Shown one piece after another: positions 46,100-55,014 of a stretch of DNA of 64,000 nucleotides (positions are counted from its first letter, which is position 1; each line of letters begins with the position of its first letter). Position numbers and translations under genes: made by a program. Below the pieces are notes generated by a model that was given only the letters and a program-made list of their open reading frames with translations, was not told where the DNA came from and ran no database searches. Source of the stretch: Candidatus Collierbacteria bacterium (lineage in GTDB: Bacteria > Patescibacteriota > Microgenomatia > UBA1400 > MFAQ01). The stretch spans positions 13,562 through 77,561 of the forward strand of contig CAISLM010000014.1 of the NCBI GenBank assembly GCA_903886255.1, written 5' to 3'.

Positions 46100-47170
46100 A
46101 TGAAAACTTTTCTCGATGATCCGAAAACATACAGTCAACTTGACACACGTGGGGTCTATGACTCAATTATGTCCTTTGGCCAACAGTTTGAATCTTCTTG
46201 GCACGATACTCAGTTCATTAGTCTAAACTTTGAGCCGGACAAAATTAAAAATGTTGTATTTGTCGGAATGGGTGGGTCAAATCTTCCCGCTTTCGTAATT
46301 CAATCATTATCTCCGCTACTCCTAAAAATACCATTTGAAATTGTTGCAAACTATCGGCTCCCGCAATACACGTCCAAAGAAACTTTAGTAATTCTCTCCA
46401 GTTATTCGGGGAAAACAGAAGAGATACTTTCTTGTGCCCAGGATGCTATCAAGCGTCAATGTAAGACTGTGGTTATTACAACCGACGGAAAATTAAAGGA
46501 CCTGGCGATTAGTGAACACTGGCCTCTCGTTTTATTGGATGCAAAATTAAATCGTTCACATGATCCGCGTTTTGGAATTGGTTTGTCGCTCGGTGCTGCA
46601 ATGGGGCTAATCGTTCGTTTAAATCCGGACGCTTTTCGTTTTGTTGATCCAAAGGAGATCGAAAGAGTTCTTGAAAGATCACTCGAGCTGCTTAGATCAG
46701 ATAAACCGACCTCGGATAATCCAGCCAAAACTTTTGCTCTAAAAAATAAAGGTCAAGCAATTATAATTTTTTCTGCCAATCATCTTTCCGGTGTCGGTAA
46801 TATATTCGTTAACTATTTAAACGAGACCGCCAAAACTTTTGCGACTCATTTTGTTATCCCTGATCTAAATCACCATCTTTTGGATGGACTTTCTTTCCCC
46901 ACAACATTAAAAGATCATACCCGGTTTATTTTGTTAAATTCTTCTCTGTATCCGGAAATAATTCAGAAAAGATTTCAAATCACGAAGGATATTTTGATTA
47001 AGCAAAACTACCAATTGACAGTTATCAAGCCTGAATCCTCTGACATTGTCTCACAGGTATTTGAGTCATTAGCATTTTTAATCATGATTAGCTATTATTT
47101 GAGTATAATAAATAAGCAAGACCCTGGAACAAACCCTTGGGTGGAATATTTTAAAAAACAACTAATATAA
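46100..47170 (+). CDS. bifunctional phosphoglucose/phosphomannose isomerase (SIS domain, archaeal-type PGI/PMI)
   Basis: VFVGMGGSNL and ILSSYSGKTEE SIS motifs, about 350 aa. Confidence 0.65.
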   Translation: MKTFLDDPKTYSQLDTRGVYDSIMSFGQQFESSWHDTQFISLNFEPDKIKNVVFVGMGGSNLPAFVIQSLSPLLLKIPFEIVANYRLPQYTSKETLVILSSYSGKTEEILSCAQDAIKRQCKTVVITTDGKLKDLAISEHWPLVLLDAKLNRSHDPRFGIGLSLGAAMGLIVRLNPDAFRFVDPKEIERVLERSLELLRSDKPTSDNPAKTFALKNKGQAIIIFSANHLSGVGNIFVNYLNETAKTFATHFVIPDLNHHLLDGLSFPTTLKDHTRFILLNSSLYPEIIQKRFQITKDILIKQNYQLTVIKPESSDIVSQVFESLAFLIMISYYLSIINKQDPGTNPWVEYFKKQLI

Positions 47171-49447
47171 ATGCCAAATATACCTGCCCTGGTATTACCA
47201 TTCAGTAAAATTCGCAAAGAAGATATACCTTTAGTCGGAGGAAAAGGCGCCAATCTGGGCGAAATGGTTAGTTTTGGCATCCCCGTACCCAATGGTTTCG
47301 TAATTACTGCTCAAGCCTACGAAAAAGTTATTGAGCACAATGGTCTTCAGCCTGTTATAAGAGAAATAATTCGCCAAACGGAAGTCACCAACGAAAAAGA
47401 ACTTGAAAAGGCAGCTATTAAAATTCAAAGATTAATACACACTGCTGATATACCTGACGAACTTGTTAAGGAAATATTTTTTAATTACACCCATCTAAAG
47501 CCTGGAGATAGTAGTCCCTTGGTAGCAGTTCGATCGTCGGCTACGGCCGAGGATCTACCCGACGCTTCGTTCGCCGGACAGCAAGAATCATATCTGGATA
47601 TAAAGGGAGAATCAAACCTTATTCAAGCCATTCGTAGTGCTTGGGGATCGTTATGGGGAGGTAGGGCAATTTTTTACCGAGCCACTAAAGGTTATGATCA
47701 TTTTAAAGTTCTTCTTGCCATTCCGGTTCAGCTCATGGTTCAATCCGATGTGTCCGGAGTTATGTTTTCTGTAAATCCTGTCACCAGAAATAAAAATCAG
47801 GTTGTAATTGAAGCTGTTTGGGGGCTTGGCGATTTCATGGTTCAGGGAGTTGTCAATCCTGATCACTACATAGTAAACAAAAAGGATTTAACGATCCATT
47901 CACGTCAACATGTTTCTCAATCAGTCATGGAGATTCGAGAATATCCCAGTGGCGTCAAGAAGGTAAAAGTTCCGGAAAGAATGATTAACGCTCCAAAATT
48001 AACGGACGAACAGGTAATTGAGTTGGCAAAGCTGTCAATCAAGATTCATCAACATTATTTCTTTCCCCAGGATGGTGAGTTCGCTATAGAAAATGGAAAA
48101 ATATTCTTGGTGCAAACCAGGCCAATCACCACTCTTGATATGGAAAAAGGAACCAAGCGAATTTCCGAAAGTCAAATTGCCAATTTAAAACAAATAATTC
48201 AAGGAGAACCTGCATCTTTTGGAATTGGCTTCGGAAAAGTAGTCAAAATAAAATCGGCCAAAGAAATCGATAAAGTTAAGGCTGGAGACGTGTTAGTTAC
48301 AGAAATGACTGCCCCGGATTTCGTTCCGGCCATGAAAAGAGCCAGCGCCATCGTTACCGACAAGGGTGGTCAAACATCACATGCAGCCATCGTCTCTCGT
48401 GAACTTGGTATTCCCGCTGTTGTTGGTACAAAAGTTGCCACAAAAACGCTTAAAGAAGACCAGCTCATTACTGTTAATGGTTCAACCGGTGCAGTTTTTA
48501 ACGGCGTTCCCGAAAAGGGCAAGGCGATTGCTGTAAAAGAATTTAAAGAGGAAGAATTTCCTCAAACAGCAACAAAGGTATATGTTAATTTGGGCGAACC
48601 GGCACTTGCGCCTATCGTTGCCCAGGGTAACGCCGATGGTGTTGGTCTACTTCGCGCTGAGTTTATGATTGCCGAAATTGGCACGCATCCCAAAAAAATG
48701 ATCCGTGATGGAAAAAGCCAAATTTTTATCGACAAGCTTGCCGAAAATCTCATGAAATTTACATATAGTTTTGGAGATAGACCGGTTGTTTACAGAGCCA
48801 CAGACTTCAAGTCTAATGAGTACAAAAACTTAATCGGTGGTCAAAATTATGAACCGAATGAGCCCAATCCGATGTTAGGTTTCAGAGGTTGTTATAGATA
48901 CATAAAAGATGAATCTGTTTTTAATCTAGAGCTCGAAGCAATTAAACAAGTTAGAAATAAATATGGATTCAAAAATCTTCACTTAATGATTCCTTTCGTC
49001 AGAACAGTTGACGAACTAATTAAAGTTAAAAGAATTATTTCGGCGTCCGGTCTTTCCAGATCAAACACTTTCAAGCTTTGGATGATGGTAGAAATTCCGT
49101 CAAACGTAATCCTTCTCGAAGACTTTATCAATGCCGGAATTGATGGTGTCTCTATCGGTTCAAATGATTTAACTATGCTCATCTTGGGGACTGATCGCGA
49201 TAATGAGACAGTTGCTTCAGAGTTTGATGAAAGAAACCCTGCTGTTTTGTGGGCACTCGAACATGTGGTCAAAACAGCGGCCAAACACAATGTCACATGT
49301 TCGCTTTGTGGACAAGCAGCGAGTTTATACCCTGACCTTGTCGATAAATTAGTCTCATGGGGAATAACTTCCGTATCGGTTAGTCCGGATGCTGTAGACA
49401 ACACCAGGAGAGTAATTTCACTCATCGAGAAAAGGCTACTCAAATAA
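47171..49447 (+). CDS. ppsA: phosphoenolpyruvate synthase (pyruvate, water dikinase)
   Basis: N-terminal PPDK_N-like ATP-grasp (VGGKGANLGEM), phosphohistidine domain (GGQTSHAAIVSRELGIPAVVG), C-terminal PEP-utilising domain. 758 aa. Confidence 0.9.
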   Translation: MPNIPALVLPFSKIRKEDIPLVGGKGANLGEMVSFGIPVPNGFVITAQAYEKVIEHNGLQPVIREIIRQTEVTNEKELEKAAIKIQRLIHTADIPDELVKEIFFNYTHLKPGDSSPLVAVRSSATAEDLPDASFAGQQESYLDIKGESNLIQAIRSAWGSLWGGRAIFYRATKGYDHFKVLLAIPVQLMVQSDVSGVMFSVNPVTRNKNQVVIEAVWGLGDFMVQGVVNPDHYIVNKKDLTIHSRQHVSQSVMEIREYPSGVKKVKVPERMINAPKLTDEQVIELAKLSIKIHQHYFFPQDGEFAIENGKIFLVQTRPITTLDMEKGTKRISESQIANLKQIIQGEPASFGIGFGKVVKIKSAKEIDKVKAGDVLVTEMTAPDFVPAMKRASAIVTDKGGQTSHAAIVSRELGIPAVVGTKVATKTLKEDQLITVNGSTGAVFNGVPEKGKAIAVKEFKEEEFPQTATKVYVNLGEPALAPIVAQGNADGVGLLRAEFMIAEIGTHPKKMIRDGKSQIFIDKLAENLMKFTYSFGDRPVVYRATDFKSNEYKNLIGGQNYEPNEPNPMLGFRGCYRYIKDESVFNLELEAIKQVRNKYGFKNLHLMIPFVRTVDELIKVKRIISASGLSRSNTFKLWMMVEIPSNVILLEDFINAGIDGVSIGSNDLTMLILGTDRDNETVASEFDERNPAVLWALEHVVKTAAKHNVTCSLCGQAASLYPDLVDKLVSWGITSVSVSPDAVDNTRRVISLIEKRLLK

Positions 49448-49448
49448 C

Positions 49449-50717
49449 ATGGCAAAAATAAAATCGGTTTATTCTAGAGAAATTCTAGATTCGAGAGGAA
49501 ATCCAACTGTTGAAACGACAATCTGGACCGACAACAATCACGGAGCCGTTTCTTCTGTCCCCAGTGGCGCTTCCACCGGTAGATTGGAAGCAATGGAGCT
49601 AAGAGATGGTGACCCTCAAAGATTTGAAGGAATGGGAGTGCTTAAAGCCGTTGCTAATGTAAACCAGATAATAAGTAAATACGTCATTGGCCAAGATCCC
49701 AGCAAACAAAACAATATTGATCAAATACTACTTAATCTGGATGGCACGGAAAATAAATCAAGGCTGGGTGCCAATGCCATACTTTCGGTTTCGCAAGCAT
49801 GTTTTGAGCTAGGGGCCGCCTGTGAAGAAATGCCCACGTTCCAATATACCGTCGAAAAATATGGATTTGCCAAGCCAACTGCACTACATTTACCAACTCC
49901 AATATTCAATCTTATCAATGGTGGAAAACATGGTGCAGGGAATTTAGACTTCCAAGAGTTCCATGTAATACCCAGCAGTCAAAAAAAATTTTCCGAAGCA
50001 CTGGAAATGGGTAGCGAGCTTTATCATAATCTCAAAAATATTTTGGTTGAAAAAAAAGCGATTCATTCCGTCGGAGATGAAGGGGGTTTTGCTCCAAATC
50101 TTTTTAGCAACACAGATGCGATTGAACTTCTTGTAGAAACTATTGATTCTAGTCCTTATAAGCTCAACAAAGATGTTTTCCTAGGGCTGGATGTTGCAGC
50201 TTCAACTTTATACAAAAACGGAAAATATAAAATAAGCGATGTTAAGGAAAACATGTCAGGGGAACAGCTGCGTGATTTTTTAATTGACTTAAATAAGAAA
50301 TACAGTTTACTGTCGATTGAGGATCCCTTTGATCAGGAGGCTTGGAAAGACTGGGCAGAGTTAACTCAAAATATAGGAAAACAAGTCATGATTGTGGGAG
50401 ACGACCTACTTGTAACAAACCGCAAACGTCTTGAAGAAGCAATACAAAAAAATGCATGCAATGCAATTTTAATTAAACCCAATCAAATTGGAACCATATC
50501 CGAAACAGCCTCGGTGATCAAGCTTGCCAAGAAAAACAACTTTTCGATTGTCGTTTCTCACCGTTCCGGTGATACCGATGAAGATTTTCTGGCTGATTTT
50601 GCAGTCGGAGTAGGGGCAGATTTTGTGAAATTTGGTGCACCGGGAAGAGGCGAGAGAGTAGCAAAATACAATCGTCTATCCTTCATTCAAGAATATCTCA
50701 CAAGTTTAAATGGATAA
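49449..50717 (+). CDS. eno: enolase
   Basis: SREILDSRGNPTVE N-terminal signature and the IKPNQIGT C-terminal signature. Confidence 0.95.
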   Translation: MAKIKSVYSREILDSRGNPTVETTIWTDNNHGAVSSVPSGASTGRLEAMELRDGDPQRFEGMGVLKAVANVNQIISKYVIGQDPSKQNNIDQILLNLDGTENKSRLGANAILSVSQACFELGAACEEMPTFQYTVEKYGFAKPTALHLPTPIFNLINGGKHGAGNLDFQEFHVIPSSQKKFSEALEMGSELYHNLKNILVEKKAIHSVGDEGGFAPNLFSNTDAIELLVETIDSSPYKLNKDVFLGLDVAASTLYKNGKYKISDVKENMSGEQLRDFLIDLNKKYSLLSIEDPFDQEAWKDWAELTQNIGKQVMIVGDDLLVTNRKRLEEAIQKNACNAILIKPNQIGTISETASVIKLAKKNNFSIVVSHRSGDTDEDFLADFAVGVGADFVKFGAPGRGERVAKYNRLSFIQEYLTSLNG

Positions 50718-52239
50718 GAAATCCGTAATTCTTTGTATTTTGGATGGTTGGGGAATCGCTCCAAGTAGCCCAGGAAATCCTATTACTCTAGCAAACCCAA
50801 AAGTTTATAGGCATTTGCTCAACAGCTATCCCTCAACAAAGTTGCTCGCCTCTGGGGCCGCTGTAGGGTTACCAGAAGGGCAGGATGGTGATAGCGAAAC
50901 CGGTCACTTAAACATTGGAGCCGGAAGAATCGTCTTTCAAGATTTATCTCTGATCAACATGGCAATCGCCGATGGGAGTTTTTTCACCAACAGAGCTCTT
51001 CTTGATACAGCAAAGCACATTAATTCATTTCAATCAAGCCTTCATCTCATCGGACTAATCGGAAGTTCTGGTGTCCATGCATACAATGAGCATTTATATG
51101 CATTGTTGATTTTTGCAAAAAAACATAATATTTCCAATGTCTATCTGCATTTAATAACTGATGGAAGGGATAGTCCTCCCGACAATGGTATAGAACAGTT
51201 AAGAACTGTACAGGAAAAAATAAATAAAATCGGAGTAGGCAAAATCGTTTCGATTTCCGGTCGGTATTATGCTATGGATAGAGACCAAAGATTGGATCGA
51301 ACCAAACGAGAATTTGACTGTCTAACAAAAGAAAATCAAAATTCAGTTTCAAATCCGGAAATTTATCTTCAAAAATCATATGCCAATCAAATATTTGATG
51401 AGTTTATTGAACCATCACCAATAGGAGATAACGTAAACGTCTCAAGAATAAAGTCTGGGGACGCAGTTATATTTTATAACTTTAGGACTGATCGCCCAAG
51501 ACAGCTAACTGAGATGTTTTTAAACTCAGGAATTCCCAACCTTCGATTTGTTACTATGACAAAATATCGTAAAGATTTCCAAAATCCGGTAATGTTTGCA
51601 ACCACCGATATAAAAAATACCTTAGGTGAAATCATTTCAAAAAACAACTTTAATCAGCTTAGGGCCGCAGAAACAGAAAAAATTGCCATGGTTAGTTATT
51701 ATTTCAACGGCCTAAACGAAAACATCTTTCCCGGAGAAACACATTTATATGTTGATTCACAAAAGGTTGCCACTTACGATCTCACTCCCCGTATGTCAAC
51801 CGATAAACTAATTGATGAATTTTGCCGAAAAGTCAAAGACGATAACCTAACTTTATCGGTAGTGAATATCGCCTGTCCGGACATGGTTGCCCATACCGGC
51901 AAGATTGATAAAACCATTGAGGCGATATTTGCTGCAGACGATGCTATGGGGAATCTAGTTAATCTTGCCAAAGAGACAAATTCATATTTAATTATTACAG
52001 CCGATCACGGGAATGCCGAAGAATTGCTGGACATAAAAACCGGAGCGGTTAACACTCAACACTCAACTAATCCTGTACCATTGATCATTTATCATCAAAC
52101 AGATACAAAGTTTCAGCTTCAGCCAGGTAAACTAGGGGACATTGCTCCAACTATATTAAATTTACTCGAACTTCCAATTCCATACGAAATGAACGGAAAA
52201 GACTTAATTGTTCGAGATGTTGAGACTAAGCTCCAATAG
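50710..52239 (+). CDS. gpmI: 2,3-bisphosphoglycerate-independent phosphoglycerate mutase
   Basis: ILDGWGI start, catalytic Ser region, ITADHGNAE metal site. 509 aa. Confidence 0.9.
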   Translation: MDKKSVILCILDGWGIAPSSPGNPITLANPKVYRHLLNSYPSTKLLASGAAVGLPEGQDGDSETGHLNIGAGRIVFQDLSLINMAIADGSFFTNRALLDTAKHINSFQSSLHLIGLIGSSGVHAYNEHLYALLIFAKKHNISNVYLHLITDGRDSPPDNGIEQLRTVQEKINKIGVGKIVSISGRYYAMDRDQRLDRTKREFDCLTKENQNSVSNPEIYLQKSYANQIFDEFIEPSPIGDNVNVSRIKSGDAVIFYNFRTDRPRQLTEMFLNSGIPNLRFVTMTKYRKDFQNPVMFATTDIKNTLGEIISKNNFNQLRAAETEKIAMVSYYFNGLNENIFPGETHLYVDSQKVATYDLTPRMSTDKLIDEFCRKVKDDNLTLSVVNIACPDMVAHTGKIDKTIEAIFAADDAMGNLVNLAKETNSYLIITADHGNAEELLDIKTGAVNTQHSTNPVPLIIYHQTDTKFQLQPGKLGDIAPTILNLLELPIPYEMNGKDLIVRDVETKLQ

Positions 52240-52930
52240 AAATAAGTAAAACCAGCTCCCCCTTGATCCTTTTTTCTTTAACCATTGTAAGTAACTGACC
52301 GAGATTGCCACGGAGCACTTTTTGAGAAACCTTGGTCAAATCTATTGCTAAACAAGACTGGGCTTCTTCTCCAAATATTGAAATTGCTTCCGGAAGAATT
52401 TTTTGTATTCTCATGGGGGATTCGTAAATTACGGCAGTCATTTTGCTGTGTTCTCCCATTTCCTTGAGAGTTGTTAGTGTCGAAGTTCTCTTACCTATCT
52501 TTTTTGGCAAAAATCCCACAAATATATATCTGTCAGTGGGTAAGCCGGAAACAGCTAGAGCAGCACTTTCTGCAGTGGGGCCGGGAACAACATCGATCTC
52601 CCATCCCATTTCGATAGCCTTATTGACGAGCTTAAACCCAGGGTCAGAAATAAGTGGCATGCCGGCATCCGATACTAATACTACAGACTCAAGAGAACAA
52701 ATCTCGGCAAATATTCGAGGCAATATCCGCGCTTCGTTAAAGTCGTTAACAAATCGAATTGTTCCACTGAATTTTTGTGCGTGGCCAAGCTGTATCAGCT
52801 TAGTCCACAAATTATTAAACATTCGACTGTCCTCACAAATCAAATACTTAGCCTCCTGTAGAGTTTTCAAAGCTCTTAAAGAAATATCATCGATATTGCC
52901 GATGGGTAGACCAACTATTGTTAGTTTCAT
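52226..52930 (-). CDS. rsmI: 16S rRNA (cytidine1402-2'-O)-methyltransferase
   Basis: LTIVGLPIGN...ISLRAL...ICEDSR tetrapyrrole-methylase-fold N-terminus typical of RsmI. Confidence 0.8.
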   Translation of the reverse strand: MKLTIVGLPIGNIDDISLRALKTLQEAKYLICEDSRMFNNLWTKLIQLGHAQKFSGTIRFVNDFNEARILPRIFAEICSLESVVLVSDAGMPLISDPGFKLVNKAIEMGWEIDVVPGPTAESAALAVSGLPTDRYIFVGFLPKKIGKRTSTLTTLKEMGEHSKMTAVIYESPMRIQKILPEAISIFGEEAQSCLAIDLTKVSQKVLRGNLGQLLTMVKEKRIKGELVLLISIGA

Positions 52931-52933
52931 TAA

Positions 52934-53551
52934 TTAAAACTTACGAATAACACCAACGCACTTTCCCTGTACTTTAACATTAATTGCAAAAATAGGGGAC
53001 ATGGATGAGTTCGCAGGCTCAAGACGGACTCTGGTTCTTTCGCGGAAGAACCTTTTCAAGGTTGCCAATCCGTTTTCCAGTAGCGCTACAACAATATCTC
53101 CATCTTTAACACCGGTAGCATCACACTCTTCAATAATTACATAATCATGGTCGAAAATGCCTTCTTCAATCATGGAATCGCCCTTAACCTGTAGCACAAA
53201 TGCCCGCTTTTTTCCCGAAACCATTGACGACGCGACTTTCATAGATGCGTTTGGATCAGTTAAGGGTTCGATTGGCCTTCCGGCAGCTATAAACCCAAGA
53301 ATTGGAAGCTCGATTGAATTCGTCTCCACATTACCATGATCAACTAGAGAAATTCCTCTAATTGCTCCTTCAAATTTTTTAATTATATTTTTCTTTTCCA
53401 AAGCCTGAAGATGTTCGTGCACTGTGGCCAAAGAGGAAACGCCTATAGCTCCGGCAATTTCTGAAAGAGTTGGGGAATAACCATTTTTTTGAATAAACTG
53501 AGAAATAAACTCAACAATTTGTCTTTGTCTTCTGTAAAGTGTTACCGTCAT
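52934..53551 (-). CDS. lexA: LexA repressor
   Basis: HTH (LSEIAGAIGVSSLATVHEHLQALEKK), cleavage site region (IAAG), S24 peptidase Ser/Lys (VKGDSM...). ATG at MTVTLYRRQ preferred over the TTG start at 53593. Confidence 0.85.
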   Translation of the reverse strand: MTVTLYRRQRQIVEFISQFIQKNGYSPTLSEIAGAIGVSSLATVHEHLQALEKKNIIKKFEGAIRGISLVDHGNVETNSIELPILGFIAAGRPIEPLTDPNASMKVASSMVSGKKRAFVLQVKGDSMIEEGIFDHDYVIIEECDATGVKDGDIVVALLENGLATLKRFFRERTRVRLEPANSSMSPIFAINVKVQGKCVGVIRKF

Positions 53552-53710
53552 ATTTTCATTATTACCAAATATTACCCAAATGTCAACAAACAATACCCAA
53601 AACTTGCTAGCCCATTAGCCATATTCTATAATGCAGCTCTTATCTAAAAATTGAAATGTTTTGATGAATAGATAAAATTTGTTCCTTGACAAGTTTTGGA
53701 ATAGGAGGCT

Positions 53711-54310
53711 ATTACGAAGAAGCTTACATTCACGACTCTACTTATTATATTTTTTCTCTCAGCCTGTTCCCCTACATCTTCCCAGATCCAACTTGCGATA
53801 GCTCAAACACAAACAGCGGCGCCATACCCAACACAGACACAGTTGCCAACACCTACTGCATATCCTACTCTAACGCAGTATCCAACCAACACCACAGTTC
53901 CTGCAACAGCTACGCCTAAATCCGGGAAGCTTGCTTGGGCAGAGTTAATAGATTTTATCCTTAATGACCATACCAATTGGAATACCTATAGTGATATATA
54001 TAATTGTGTTAATTTTTCAATAGATTTGGTTTCAGGTGCGAGACAAAAGGGAATTCAGGCCTGGATTGTTTCAGTAAGTTTTGTAGGAAAAACAATAGGT
54101 CACAGTTTTGTAGCCTTTCCGACAAAAGATCGAGACGAAATATGGATTGAACCACAAAGTGATGAGGCCTATACAATTTCTCAAGTAGGACAACCTTTGT
54201 GTCTTGCTAATAATCCTAATCTTTGTTGGGACCAGGGGATTATTTCTCAAATCATCGAACCGGCAGAATGTGATCCTGTGACACATGAGTGTTGGCAAGG
54301 AAATCAATAG
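53711..54310 (+). CDS. lipoprotein with PT-rich linker and transglutaminase-like (Cys-His-Asp) core; apparent non-ATG (ATT) start
   Basis: Frame 2 reads (I)TKKLTFTTLLIIFFLSAC|S, a textbook lipoprotein signal with lipobox LSAC, right after AGGAGG. Downstream: YNCVNFS (Cys), GHSFVAF (His), DEIWIEP (Asp). The ORF track only begins at a TTG at 53843. Confidence 0.5.
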   Translation: MTKKLTFTTLLIIFFLSACSPTSSQIQLAIAQTQTAAPYPTQTQLPTPTAYPTLTQYPTNTTVPATATPKSGKLAWAELIDFILNDHTNWNTYSDIYNCVNFSIDLVSGARQKGIQAWIVSVSFVGKTIGHSFVAFPTKDRDEIWIEPQSDEAYTISQVGQPLCLANNPNLCWDQGIISQIIEPAECDPVTHECWQGNQ

Positions 54311-54392
54311 ACATGAAGTGATATACTACGTATACGTTTTTTACAAAGAAAAACGTGAACGTTTACACCACCCAATTCCTTAAGGAGGAGAA

Positions 54393-54947
54393 ATGAAGAT
54401 TCGTCTTTTGTCTGTGGTTTTGGTAATTGCTTTTGCCATGTCGGCTTGTGGAGTTTTCCCCCCTGCGGCAACTCCCACCCCCCAGCCGACCTATACCCCC
54501 CAGCCGACCTATACCCCTCAACCTACCTATACCCTTCAGCCGACTTTCACCCCGATTCCCACCAACACCCCAGTTCCTGCTCGGCCCGGCATCGACACAC
54601 CAATTACGGTCATGGGTGTTGACTTCACTGTTACCGATGTAAAAGTCTTAACTTCATATTTCTATCCAATTGAGGGAAAACCTTATTCACCGAATTCAAC
54701 CTCCGACAGGTTTTATTCGGTCGAGATGAACTTCGCCGGTGATATTGATCCTATATTTAATCTTCCGGACGGAGCGTTTTATTTCACTGACAGTCAGGAA
54801 ACGAGCAAATATTATAGTGGGTTTTGGTATTCAAAACGCAGTTTAAGCCTGTTTGCACTGACCTTTGTCTGCCCGGCAAATTTGAGTCAACTTTTGGTCG
54901 TGTTTCCAGACGGACAAAAGATTGACGTTAGTTCATTCCTTAAGTAA
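54393..54947 (+). CDS. lipoprotein with (PQPTYT)n linker and beta-rich C-terminal domain (DUF4352-like?)
   Basis: Signal with lipobox AMSAC, AAGGAGG SD, four 18-nt tandem repeat units encoding PQPTYT. Confidence 0.6.
   Translation: MKIRLLSVVLVIAFAMSACGVFPPAATPTPQPTYTPQPTYTPQPTYTLQPTFTPIPTNTPVPARPGIDTPITVMGVDFTVTDVKVLTSYFYPIEGKPYSPNSTSDRFYSVEMNFAGDIDPIFNLPDGAFYFTDSQETSKYYSGFWYSKRSLSLFALTFVCPANLSQLLVVFPDGQKIDVSSFLK
54475..54546 (+). repeat. 4 x 18-nt tandem repeat (coding PQPTYT units)
   Basis: cccagccgacctataccc x2 perfect, then ctcaacctacctataccc and ttcagccgactttcaccc degenerate. Confidence 0.7.
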
Positions 54948-54963
54948 TAAACATTTACACCAC

Positions 54964-54990
54964 GCCCCGGCTTCATGCCGGGGTTTTTAT
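54964..54990 (+). terminator. rho-independent terminator
   Basis: CCCCGGCttcatGCCGGGG followed by TTTTTATTT. Confidence 0.7.
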
Positions 54991-55014
54991 TTGTAAATCG
55001 GTTAAAATATAGAC

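Noticed and set aside
53686-53919. Frame-1 ORF MTSFGIGGYYEEAYIHDSTYY... upstream of and overlapping the lipoprotein
   Set aside because: Low-complexity translation with no signal peptide. The alternative frame encodes a perfect lipoprotein signal plus a domain with a Cys/His/Asp triad, so frame 1 is judged non-coding (unless a frameshift error is present).
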